Source: Acholeplasmataceae bacterium (GTDB lineage: Bacteria; Bacillota_I; Bacilli_A; Acholeplasmatales; Acholeplasmataceae). From it: a stretch of DNA of 64,000 nt. The position numbers and the translations under genes were made by a program. Below the pieces are notes generated by a model that was not told the DNA's origin, searched no databases, and worked only from the letters and a program-made list of their open reading frames with translations. Below are positions 55,252 through 63,642 of the stretch, piece after piece. The DNA is taken from positions 468 to 64,467 of the forward strand of contig JAGYNT010000001.1 in NCBI GenBank assembly GCA_018399615.1. Reading direction: 5' to 3'. Each line of letters begins with the position of its first letter. Within the stretch, counting starts at the first letter, position 1.

Positions 55252-55512
55252 ATGTATGAAGTCAGATATACAAAACATGCTATTAAAGATATTAAAAGAC
55301 TTAAACAAGCAAATCTAGATCAAAAAGTTAAAAACTTGATTGAAGTGATCCGAAAAAATCCTTTTGAAAAACCGCCACCTTATGAAAAGTTGGTTGGTGA
55401 TTTAACAGGTGCATATTCAAGAAGGATCAATAGACAGCATAGGTTAATTTATAAAATAGACATAGAACATCATGCAGTCATTATCATTAGAATGTGGACT
55501 CATTATGAATGA
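55252..55512 (+). CDS. yoeB: Txe/YoeB-family toxin (mRNA interferase)
   Basis: ...NPFEKPPPYEKLVGDLTGAYSRRINRQHRLIYKIDIEHHAVIIIRMWTHYE. It lies 6 nt after yefM. Confidence 0.85.
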   Translation: MYEVRYTKHAIKDIKRLKQANLDQKVKNLIEVIRKNPFEKPPPYEKLVGDLTGAYSRRINRQHRLIYKIDIEHHAVIIIRMWTHYE

Positions 55513-55644
55513 AGAAAAAAAGGTATTCAGAGCGTATAATTTTTAGCAAACAATGATGGACTTAAAACGAAGTTTTGAAAGATTGATCGTATCTCTTTTA
55601 TGGATATTCTTGATCAAAATATTCGTGCGTAAGAGTTCACAAGA

Positions 55645-55657
55645 TGAAAGTGTGAGT
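55645..55657 (+). repeat. Direct repeat copy 2 (TGAAAGTGTGAGT), putative right junction
   Basis: Identical to 54463-54475. Confidence 0.8.
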
Positions 55658-55678
55658 CTTTTGGTTTCCAAAGCATAG
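55646..55678 (+). pseudogene. Displaced original 3' end of rlmCD paralog 2 (ESVSLLVSKA*)
   Basis: GAA AGT GTG AGT CTT TTG GTT TCC AAA GCA TAG. This is in phase with the copy-1 repeat inside the gene, and the resulting C-terminus resembles paralog 1 (..VETVALLSLKTA*). Confidence 0.6.
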
Positions 55679-56081
55679 AACGGCTGATGTCATGCACGCG
55701 ATCATGCCGATCCGCTCGTCGAAGAACAATCGGATCAAAGCTTGTTCGACTGGCAGATCGCGCTTCATTCACAATTCTAGGAATCATGTCCAAGACGGGA
55801 AACATAACAGGATTCTAGGGATTGTTGTGACCCGAACAATCCGATTTGACGATTTAGGGAATCCGAGAAAGGATGATCGTAGATCATGGAGGTTCTTGTA
55901 AGTGTTTTAGTCGTTGTTTTCATGATCTATTCGTTCTTGAGTTTCTCCGCGTCACGTCAAGACGAACCCGAAGATCCGCATGAGGATGACCGGTTTTGTC
56001 CCTAAACGTGAAAGACTTGAAAACCGGTTTGAGGTTTTGTGTGTATGTTTCACTGATTGTCCGAAAGGAGTCTGAATATTC

Positions 56082-56372
56082 ATGAAAAGAAAAACGAAAA
56101 TCGTTTTGTTCACGATTTTCATGATCTGGCTTGTCATGTTTTCAACGGACTATATCCGTGCTCAAGAAGACCGTGCTCCGTTATTCGCGATTCATACGGG
56201 TTCCTATGACGATGGTGGAAGCGAGCGTTTTACGGGTCTTTTCTACATGGTTTTCCATGTCCAAAACTTGGACTTGGAACAGGGAAACGTGGATTACGGG
56301 TATCACGTCACGTTCTGGTTCACAGATCTCGACCGGATCAAAGACAAAGTCGTTGATTCGACTGAGGAGTAG
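56082..56372 (+). CDS. Hypothetical membrane-anchored/secreted protein
   Basis: 96 aa with an N-terminal TM/signal segment (MKRKTKIVLFTIFMIWLVMFS). RBS aaaggag is present. Confidence 0.55.
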   Translation: MKRKTKIVLFTIFMIWLVMFSTDYIRAQEDRAPLFAIHTGSYDDGGSERFTGLFYMVFHVQNLDLEQGNVDYGYHVTFWFTDLDRIKDKVVDSTEE

Positions 56373-56378
56373 AAAACA

Positions 56379-57077
56379 ATGAAACGATTATTGATATCGA
56401 GCTTTCTCTGCCTCATGACGATCATGCTTGTCGGGTGTAACCGGGAAGAGGATCTGGACGAGGAAACGATCGAAGCGATCTTCGACCGTCTCATCATCGA
56501 TACGGACGCCGTCATGGCCAATCGGATCAGTTACGAAGAAAACGAATCCGTCGACCAGATGGAAATGTATGACGCGACGAATCGGGATGAAATCGTCTTT
56601 CACTTCATCACGACATCCGACAACGTATCCGATCGTCGTGATGAGATGATCATGGTCACGCCGGATTTCATCTACCGGACACAAACGATGAAACGCTATG
56701 CCAACGACCTCGATCCGCATAATGACAACGACTTCAAGTTGCTGATCGAGAGGTATTGTACGATCATCGATCTTGACGATCTGTCCCTATCCCATCTTGA
56801 ACATGTCGCGCTCGGTCTGATGGAACCCAAAGGTTTCAAGGAAAACGGACATCATGTCCTAAGGGGTATGATTCCCGATTCGGATACACCGGAAGATCTG
56901 ATCGATGTCGTCGAGTTCGAGTATGCAGACGATCGGTTGCTCGAACTCAGGTATCGCAGGGAGTACGACCGTCGATCGACGAAACAACAAAGCAATTTTT
57001 TATCCGGGACACACTATTTTTTCATGAGTTCGCTTTTCGAGACGTTTCCCGATCTCGATCAGTTTGGTGACGCATGA
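56379..57077 (+). CDS. Hypothetical lipoprotein
   Basis: Lipobox MKRLLISSFLCLMTIMLVGC followed by an acidic mature part. Confidence 0.6.
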   Translation: MKRLLISSFLCLMTIMLVGCNREEDLDEETIEAIFDRLIIDTDAVMANRISYEENESVDQMEMYDATNRDEIVFHFITTSDNVSDRRDEMIMVTPDFIYRTQTMKRYANDLDPHNDNDFKLLIERYCTIIDLDDLSLSHLEHVALGLMEPKGFKENGHHVLRGMIPDSDTPEDLIDVVEFEYADDRLLELRYRREYDRRSTKQQSNFLSGTHYFFMSSLFETFPDLDQFGDA

Positions 57078-57094
57078 ACAGGGCAGGTAGAGAT

Positions 57095-58024
57095 ATGAAC
57101 GGCATTCTTTTTCTAAAACCGGTTTTCAAAGAGCGAATTTGGGGAGGCACGAACCTGAAAAGGCTATTCGGATATTCCGTTGAATCCGATCGGATCGGAG
57201 AGTGCTGGGGCATATCCGGACACGATAACGGGTCATCCGTCGTCATGAACGGGTCCTACGAAGGAATGAAACTGGCTGAGGTCTATCAACTCGACCGTGC
57301 GCTTTTTGCGCATGTCAAGAGCGAGGAGTTCCCGATACTGACCAAGATTCTTGATGCGAATCAGGACTTGAGCGTTCAGGTTCACCCAAGTGACTCAACG
57401 GCTCGAAAAGAGCGCGGTGAAGCCGGTAAGACCGAATGCTGGTATGTCATCGACGCGAAAGAAGACGCCAGAATCATCGAAGGGCATACGGCTTTGACAT
57501 CCGCGGACTTCAAAGACATGGTCGAACGGGAAGCCTGGGACGACCTTTTCATCGAACGGCGTGTGAAGAAAGGCGATTTCATCTATATTCCGGCCGGTAC
57601 GGTTCACGCGATCGGCAAGGGAATCGTCGTCCTTGAGACCCAGCAATCTTCGGATACGACCTTTCGTCTCTATGACTATGACAGAAAGGACCACAACGGC
57701 AAGAAGCGGGACTTGCATATCGAGGACGCGATACGCGTCACGACCGTCCCTTACCACCCACACGTCACGATACCGCGCGTGACAACCGATGATCAGAACA
57801 CCTTGACGAATCTGATCAGGACACCATATTTCACGGTCGAACACTGGCGCATCCAAGGAACGCATTCCCTTCTTCATACGTCCTTCAAACTGATGAGCGT
57901 TCTGTCGGGGAAAGGGACAATCAACGGTTTCGAGATCAAAAAAGGCGATCATTTCATCATAACGACCGAAACGAAAGCGATCGAGGTCGAAGGCGACCTC
58001 GAGATCATCGTTTCATATCCATAA
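57095..58024 (+). CDS. manA: Mannose-6-phosphate isomerase, class I
   Basis: MNGILFLKPVFKERIWGGTNLKRLFGY...ECWGISGH...LSVQVHPSD...GKTECWYVI...AGTVHAIGKGIVVLETQQSSDTTFRLYDYDR. Confidence 0.9.
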   Translation: MNGILFLKPVFKERIWGGTNLKRLFGYSVESDRIGECWGISGHDNGSSVVMNGSYEGMKLAEVYQLDRALFAHVKSEEFPILTKILDANQDLSVQVHPSDSTARKERGEAGKTECWYVIDAKEDARIIEGHTALTSADFKDMVEREAWDDLFIERRVKKGDFIYIPAGTVHAIGKGIVVLETQQSSDTTFRLYDYDRKDHNGKKRDLHIEDAIRVTTVPYHPHVTIPRVTTDDQNTLTNLIRTPYFTVEHWRIQGTHSLLHTSFKLMSVLSGKGTINGFEIKKGDHFIITTETKAIEVEGDLEIIVSYP

Positions 58025-58040
58025 AAAAAGGAGACTACGT

Positions 58041-59792
58041 ATGAACACATGGGATTTGTCCGGACTCTATGAGGGGTTCGACGAACGCTACGAAAAGGAC
58101 CTTGCCGCACTCGATGAGGCCATGGATGACTACAAGGCTTTCATCATCAACGACCAAAAACTGGACGATGTCGCGTTGATTGAAGGATACCTTTCCAGAA
58201 GAGAGGATATCATCCGGCGTGTCATGACGCTCGGCAGTTTCGCGCGTCTCACGTGGGCGACGAACGTGAACGACCAGAACGCTCCCGTCTACCTTTCGAA
58301 AATTCAACGCATCATGCAGAAAGCGACTGCCGAGGACGTTGTTTTCACCCGCCATCTGGCAACGATCGACTTGAAAGAACTTGCAAACGAAAGTGAACGC
58401 ATCAAAACGTATTTCTATATACTCGATCGCGAACAAAAGGAAGCCAGACATCTCTTGAGTGAAAAAGAAGAAGTGCTTTACGCCAAGATGCGTGAACTCG
58501 CTTCCGGATCCTGGTCCAATCTCCAAGGTCTGCTGACGGCGAATCTGAGTGTCATTTATCGTGACAAAGTCATGACGTTGAGCGAAGTGCGCAATCTCGC
58601 CTATGACCATGACAAGACCGTGAGAAAGGACGCCTATGAGGCTGAGATCAAGGCCTATGACGACATCGCCGATGCCATCGCGCTGGCTCTGTCGAATATC
58701 AAAAGAGAGGTCAAGACCCTCGATGACTTGCGCGGCTATGCGAGCACGCTCGATAAAACGCTCTTTCAATCGCGACTCGACAAAGAAGCGCTCGAGGCGA
58801 TGCTCGAAGCGATGGAAGACAATCAACACCATTTCGCCCGTTATCTGAAAGCGAAAGCAAAATATCTCGGACACAAGGACGCCTTGCCGTTCTACGATCT
58901 TTTCGCCCCCGTCGGAAAAATCGAAAAGACCTATACGTATGACGAGGCGCAGGATATCATCAAGCGTGCTTTCGGCGGTTACAGTGACACGCTCAGAGCC
59001 TTCGCGGAAAAAGCTTTCGACAAAAAATGGGTCGATCTCGAACCACGCAAAGGCAAACGGGGCGGAGCGTTCTGCAGCAACCAGCCGCAGATCGGGGAAA
59101 GCCGGATCATGACCAATTTCACCGGATCACTCTCCGATGTCCTGACGTTGTCCCATGAACTCGGACACGGCTATCACGGAGAAGTCATCAGCAACAATCT
59201 CCCTCTTCATTGGAGTTACCCGATGCCGTTGGCAGAAACCGCTTCGATCTTCTGTGAGACGATCGTAAACGAATATCTCCTCGAACAGATCGATGACGAC
59301 AAGACGACGATGGCGATTCTCGAGAATGCGCTTCAAGGCGATACGCAAGTCATCATCGACATCCTTTCCCGTTACTATTTCGAATCGGATGTCTTCCTTC
59401 ATGCCGATGGACCGATTTCCAAAAACAAGCTCAAGGACATGATGATTTCCGCACAGAAGAAAGCCTACAAAGACGGCTTGGATCATGACTGCCTGCATCC
59501 CTTCATGTGGCTCAACAAACCACACTACTACAGCGCCGGGTTGAACTTCTACAATTTTCCCTACGCCTTCGGTCTTCTCTTCGCCAAGGGTCTTTATGCC
59601 GAATACAAAAAAGATTCGAAACGCTTTGTCCGTGCCTATGACGACCTGCTTTCCATGACCACCAAGGCCGATGTCAGGGATGTTGCCAAAACGATGGGTA
59701 TCGATGTGACCAAAAAAGAATTCTGGTCGAGCTCGCTCGACCTGATCAGGAAAGACATCGACCGAACGATCCTTCTTCTTGAGAAAAACTAG
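58041..59792 (+). CDS. pepF: M3B-family oligoendopeptidase (PepF-like)
   Basis: 583 aa with the zinc motif LSHELGHGYHG and a downstream E ligand region. Confidence 0.85.
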   Translation: MNTWDLSGLYEGFDERYEKDLAALDEAMDDYKAFIINDQKLDDVALIEGYLSRREDIIRRVMTLGSFARLTWATNVNDQNAPVYLSKIQRIMQKATAEDVVFTRHLATIDLKELANESERIKTYFYILDREQKEARHLLSEKEEVLYAKMRELASGSWSNLQGLLTANLSVIYRDKVMTLSEVRNLAYDHDKTVRKDAYEAEIKAYDDIADAIALALSNIKREVKTLDDLRGYASTLDKTLFQSRLDKEALEAMLEAMEDNQHHFARYLKAKAKYLGHKDALPFYDLFAPVGKIEKTYTYDEAQDIIKRAFGGYSDTLRAFAEKAFDKKWVDLEPRKGKRGGAFCSNQPQIGESRIMTNFTGSLSDVLTLSHELGHGYHGEVISNNLPLHWSYPMPLAETASIFCETIVNEYLLEQIDDDKTTMAILENALQGDTQVIIDILSRYYFESDVFLHADGPISKNKLKDMMISAQKKAYKDGLDHDCLHPFMWLNKPHYYSAGLNFYNFPYAFGLLFAKGLYAEYKKDSKRFVRAYDDLLSMTTKADVRDVAKTMGIDVTKKEFWSSSLDLIRKDIDRTILLLEKN

Positions 59793-59805
59793 ATTACGTG
59801 CGAAA

Positions 59806-59837
59806 AGAAGGTCCATATTCTCAGGACCTTCTTTTTT
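59806..59837 (+). terminator. Rho-independent terminator
   Basis: AGAAGGTCCatattctcaGGACCTTCTTTTTT. Confidence 0.8.
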
Positions 59838-59907
59838 CAGCAAACATTTGTGATATAATAATGGTGAATTCATCAAGATACGCTCATTCCAAAACGAGGT
59901 GACCGAC

Positions 59908-60786
59908 ATGCCTGTCGTACAATTCGGAAACGTTTATTACTTTTTCTACCTCATCATGGGCACCCTCGCCATTTTGGCGACCATCCGACTCTTGAAAAAC
60001 AAGAGCGACAAATACCGCTATTGGTTTCTTTTCGGCGTCCTCGTTTTCAACTTCGCCCTGCATTTTTTGAAGATTTTCATCTATCCCTATACGACATTGG
60101 ACATTCCCCTGCGCAAAGTTTCACTTGAAAACATATGTGCCGTCAACAGTGTCCTGTTCCCGATCATCTATCTCATTAAAAACAAGACGCTAAAGGATTA
60201 TCTCATCATGGCGGGCATGGTCAGCGGCTTTCTCTCGTTCGTCTATCCGGCGAATGCCATGTCCGATCGGTTCGATGGCGCTTTCTTCGGTCACCAGATG
60301 GCATTCAGCGTCGAAATCATCCGCTTCTACGTCTCACATCTGATTCTTTTCCTCGTACCCTTCGTCATGATGCACTACCGTATGCACGAGATCAGCATCA
60401 AACGGTTCTCACGGGCTCCGCTCGTTCTCGTCATGGTATTGTTCATCATATTCATCAATGAACTCATCCTTACGGCGATCAACTGGGTACCGCGAGCGGA
60501 CCTCTATGACGTCAACAAACGAAACCCTTCCCTGATCTTCGGAATCAAGGAGGAATTCAGCAAAGTCGCCTGGATTCCCTTGATCTTCGTGCCGGCCTTT
60601 TTGAAAATTCATCCGCTCACGGGTGAACCGTTTTTCTGGCCGGTTGTCTGGATGATCCTGCCGGTTCTGATCTATACGAGCATCATGTCGATCGTATTTT
60701 GTTACATCTACGATCGAAACGATACGAAAGCATATTTGAATAGGCGATTTCACCTGGATAAAAGACAACAAAGCGAACTGAAATAA
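59908..60786 (+). CDS. Hypothetical polytopic membrane protein
   Basis: ~292 aa with 8 or more hydrophobic segments. RBS gaggtg lies 6 nt before ATG 59908. Confidence 0.6.
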   Translation: MPVVQFGNVYYFFYLIMGTLAILATIRLLKNKSDKYRYWFLFGVLVFNFALHFLKIFIYPYTTLDIPLRKVSLENICAVNSVLFPIIYLIKNKTLKDYLIMAGMVSGFLSFVYPANAMSDRFDGAFFGHQMAFSVEIIRFYVSHLILFLVPFVMMHYRMHEISIKRFSRAPLVLVMVLFIIFINELILTAINWVPRADLYDVNKRNPSLIFGIKEEFSKVAWIPLIFVPAFLKIHPLTGEPFFWPVVWMILPVLIYTSIMSIVFCYIYDRNDTKAYLNRRFHLDKRQQSELK

Positions 60787-60799
60787 GATGGAGGAGAAA

Positions 60800-61804
60800 A
60801 TGGAGAAAAAAACTTACGGATTCGATTACACCAAGACGGAACTCAACTACGTATCCTATTACAGGGACGGCAGTTGGGATGATGGCGTCCTGGAAGAAGA
60901 TGACATGATTCGTATTTCGAAGATGTCAACCGGTCTGCACTATGGACAGCAGGCATTCGAAGGCATGAAGGCCTACCGTCGCGCGGATGGACGCGTTCAA
61001 CTCTTTCGACCCTATGACAACGCCAGACGCTTCATCATGTCCTGTGAACGTTCGATGATGCCGGCGGTCCCGGTCGAAAAATTCATCGAGGCGATCACGC
61101 GTACGGTACGGGCGAACATCGATTTCGTCCCTCCCCATGAATCGAAGGCGACGCTCTATATTCGCCCCTATATCATCGGCATCGGACATAACATCGGGCT
61201 GAAACCGTCATCGGAATACCTGTTCGGAGTCGTCGTTCTGCCGGTCGGAACGTATTTCGGTCCGGCATCGAAACCGGTTGACTTCATCGTCACGGAATAC
61301 GATCGTGCCGCGCCGAACGGCGTCGGCCACGTCAAGGTCGGTGGCAATTATTCGGCCAGTCTCTACCCGCAATACCACGCGAAACAAAAAGGATACAAGG
61401 ACTGCATTTTTCTGGATCCGAAGACGCATACCAAGATCGAGGAAGTCGGGGCCGCCAACTTTTTCGCGGTAACGAAAGACGGGACCTACATAACACCGAA
61501 ATCACCGTCGATTCTCAAAAGCATCACGAACGATTCGCTCATGTATATCGCACGCAACATGCTGAAGATCAAGGTCGAACAGACCGATATCCATATCGAC
61601 CAGCTCGATCACCTCAGCGAAGCCGGTGCATGCGGTACGGCCGCGATCATCACTCCGGTCGGTACGATCACGAGAAACGAAGAACGTATCGTGCTCCCGT
61701 ATCATGACACGATGGGCCCGGTCACACAAAAGCTTTACGACAACCTCATCGGCATTCAGTTCGGTGACATCGAAGATCCGAACGACTGGATCGTCATACT
61801 CTGA
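60800..61804 (+). CDS. ilvE: Branched-chain amino acid aminotransferase
   Basis: ...GLHYGQQAFEGMKAYR...LYIRPYIIG...VKVGGNYSASL...EEVGAANFF...GTAAIITPVG. The preferred start is ATG 60800 after ggaggag; the track start is 60788. Confidence 0.9.
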   Translation: MEKKTYGFDYTKTELNYVSYYRDGSWDDGVLEEDDMIRISKMSTGLHYGQQAFEGMKAYRRADGRVQLFRPYDNARRFIMSCERSMMPAVPVEKFIEAITRTVRANIDFVPPHESKATLYIRPYIIGIGHNIGLKPSSEYLFGVVVLPVGTYFGPASKPVDFIVTEYDRAAPNGVGHVKVGGNYSASLYPQYHAKQKGYKDCIFLDPKTHTKIEEVGAANFFAVTKDGTYITPKSPSILKSITNDSLMYIARNMLKIKVEQTDIHIDQLDHLSEAGACGTAAIITPVGTITRNEERIVLPYHDTMGPVTQKLYDNLIGIQFGDIEDPNDWIVIL

Positions 61805-61812
61805 AACAAAAG

Positions 61813-61838
61813 GACCGGACGAGCGTGATCGTCCGGTC
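61813..61838. terminator. Bidirectional terminator
   Basis: GACCGGACGAgcgtgaTCGTCCGGTC is a perfect 10-bp stem between convergent genes. Confidence 0.75.
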
Positions 61839-61843
61839 TCTCT

Positions 61844-63538
61844 TTATCGCATCAGCAACTCAAGCAGTCTCTGAGCCGCGCGTTTCGGGCCATCGGCTTC
61901 GGATCCTTCGATCGCGAGTTCCGTATGGATCTCACCTGTCGGAATGCCGTCTTCGAAGAGTCTTTGGAAATAGTGTCCGAGAAGATTTTCGGTCTGCTTT
62001 CGTTTTTGGACAGGACCGAAGGGGTTGGCGAAGAAACTTTCGACCAGGCCCTGTTCGCTCGTCGTACCTTTGGCTTTTCTCATGCCGCGGCAAAAGATCG
62101 TCAAGGCTTCTTCAACCGAGTCGAACAGGCGAATGCCCTGTTCGTTTTTTTCATAGTTGTTGGCATAGAGCAACATGTCGACCGGATGATCCGCTGTGAT
62201 CGTCTCGTGATCCGCGACCGGCAGCACGACACGGGCATTCGTCTGGTCCGGATTCATGAAGATGGCCCGGTCCATCTTCTGATAGGCATAGCCGTTGTCC
62301 AAGTCATCGAGCCGGACGAAAGCGCCCGTTTCGGTTCCGTTGGCTACGACGTGACCGTTCTTCTCAAAGAAAACGCCCATATCGTCGAATACGACATCCA
62401 TGTTCTCGATCACATTGCCGCCGATAACCCGGAGCGCTTCGAGCGTTTCGGATTTGCCGGCGCCACTGTCACCGATGATGACGACATGCTTCACCATCTT
62501 GTTTCTGAACGTGATCTTGACCATCGCACCGTGAATCGGCAGGCGACCAAGGTCGATCATGTAGACATTGTGAAGCGTCAACAACATCTTTTTCATATAA
62601 CCGAAATAATCGTTTTTCTCATCGCGTGACACGAATCCGAGGTAGATGTCCTCGTTCTTGTCGTATGTGAATGTTCCGTCATAGGCGTTTTCACGGATGC
62701 CGTAGAGATAAACGATCTTCGGTTTCTCGTCTTTCAATGCTTCATAGGGAACGATCTCAAAAAGGTTGCCGAGGGCGATGCCGTGGTGAAGAAAATCACG
62801 ATGGACGTAGACGAACGACAGGATGGATCCGATCCTGATGGGAAAACAGACATAGTGCAACCTGTTGATCGTAAGTGTGGCAAGCGGGTTTTGAGGGATT
62901 TCCTTGAACAGTCCGGAGCGCTTGTTCGCCTTCGAATAGATCATGAAAGGCGGTCGTGTCAGAATGTTCTGGGCGAAGCCGACGTTTTGAATGTCCTTAT
63001 ACGCTTCGGATACGGTAAAGCGATGGAAGATCAAAACCATATTGGCATTGACACCGGCGGGAAGCTGTCGGTAGACTTGAAAAGCTCTGCCGCGAATGTT
63101 TTCACTGATCCGCCGGTACAAATAGAGGATGTGTTCGTTCAAGGCATCGGCGGTCTGGATCGGATTCGCTTCAAGCGCATAGGACCGATTGCCGTATAGA
63201 AATCCGTAGCGTCTCAGATTTCGCCAATCGTCATAAAAAGCTTCGGTAAATCGTTCGAAGACTTTCCGTTTTTCAAGAAGCGGAAGAAGCACGCCGTTTT
63301 TCCTGAGAACACTCTCGTAATCCCAGATCAGAAGTGATTTGTAGGCGTCGAGAAAATGCGAAGCGCGGATGCCTTTGAGTTCCGTCATCAAGGGAGACTT
63401 TTCTTTTCTCATCTTACGGATGAACTGTGCCAAAACGAGATTGAACCCCTTGGAAGCGATGATCCTGGTGGCGGAATCACACGTTGAGGCTTCGAAGTTG
63501 ATGAGTGCGTATGAGTCGGTCAAATGGAATTTTTTCAT
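61844..63538 (-). CDS. Uncharacterised 564-aa protein with C-terminal HPr-kinase/PEPCK-like P-loop domain
   Basis: ...VVIIGDSGAGKSETLEALR... is an HprK-type G-x-S-G-x-GKSE loop. It is followed by ...VFDDMGVFF...TETGAFVRL...NARVVLPV..., reminiscent of the PEPCK/HprK fold. I do not recognise the N-terminal ~340 aa. Confidence 0.6.
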   Translation of the reverse strand: MKKFHLTDSYALINFEASTCDSATRIIASKGFNLVLAQFIRKMRKEKSPLMTELKGIRASHFLDAYKSLLIWDYESVLRKNGVLLPLLEKRKVFERFTEAFYDDWRNLRRYGFLYGNRSYALEANPIQTADALNEHILYLYRRISENIRGRAFQVYRQLPAGVNANMVLIFHRFTVSEAYKDIQNVGFAQNILTRPPFMIYSKANKRSGLFKEIPQNPLATLTINRLHYVCFPIRIGSILSFVYVHRDFLHHGIALGNLFEIVPYEALKDEKPKIVYLYGIRENAYDGTFTYDKNEDIYLGFVSRDEKNDYFGYMKKMLLTLHNVYMIDLGRLPIHGAMVKITFRNKMVKHVVIIGDSGAGKSETLEALRVIGGNVIENMDVVFDDMGVFFEKNGHVVANGTETGAFVRLDDLDNGYAYQKMDRAIFMNPDQTNARVVLPVADHETITADHPVDMLLYANNYEKNEQGIRLFDSVEEALTIFCRGMRKAKGTTSEQGLVESFFANPFGPVQKRKQTENLLGHYFQRLFEDGIPTGEIHTELAIEGSEADGPKRAAQRLLELLMR

Positions 63539-63642
63539 GGTTCTCCTCGATTCATTGATATTTCGTGTAGACGATTTAAGAATGATTATATCATAAAAAG
63601 ATTATTTTGTTATAATATGGCTAGGAACGGAGGATCGAATAC

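Larger units (their letters stand above)
54476..55644 (+). mobile_element. AT-rich ~1.2-kb insertion cassette (GNAT + YefM/YoeB), no recombinase
   Basis: Bounded by the 13-bp direct repeat, with a sharp compositional drop by eye. CACAAGA occurs near both inner ends (54482-54488, 55638-55644). Confidence 0.55.
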
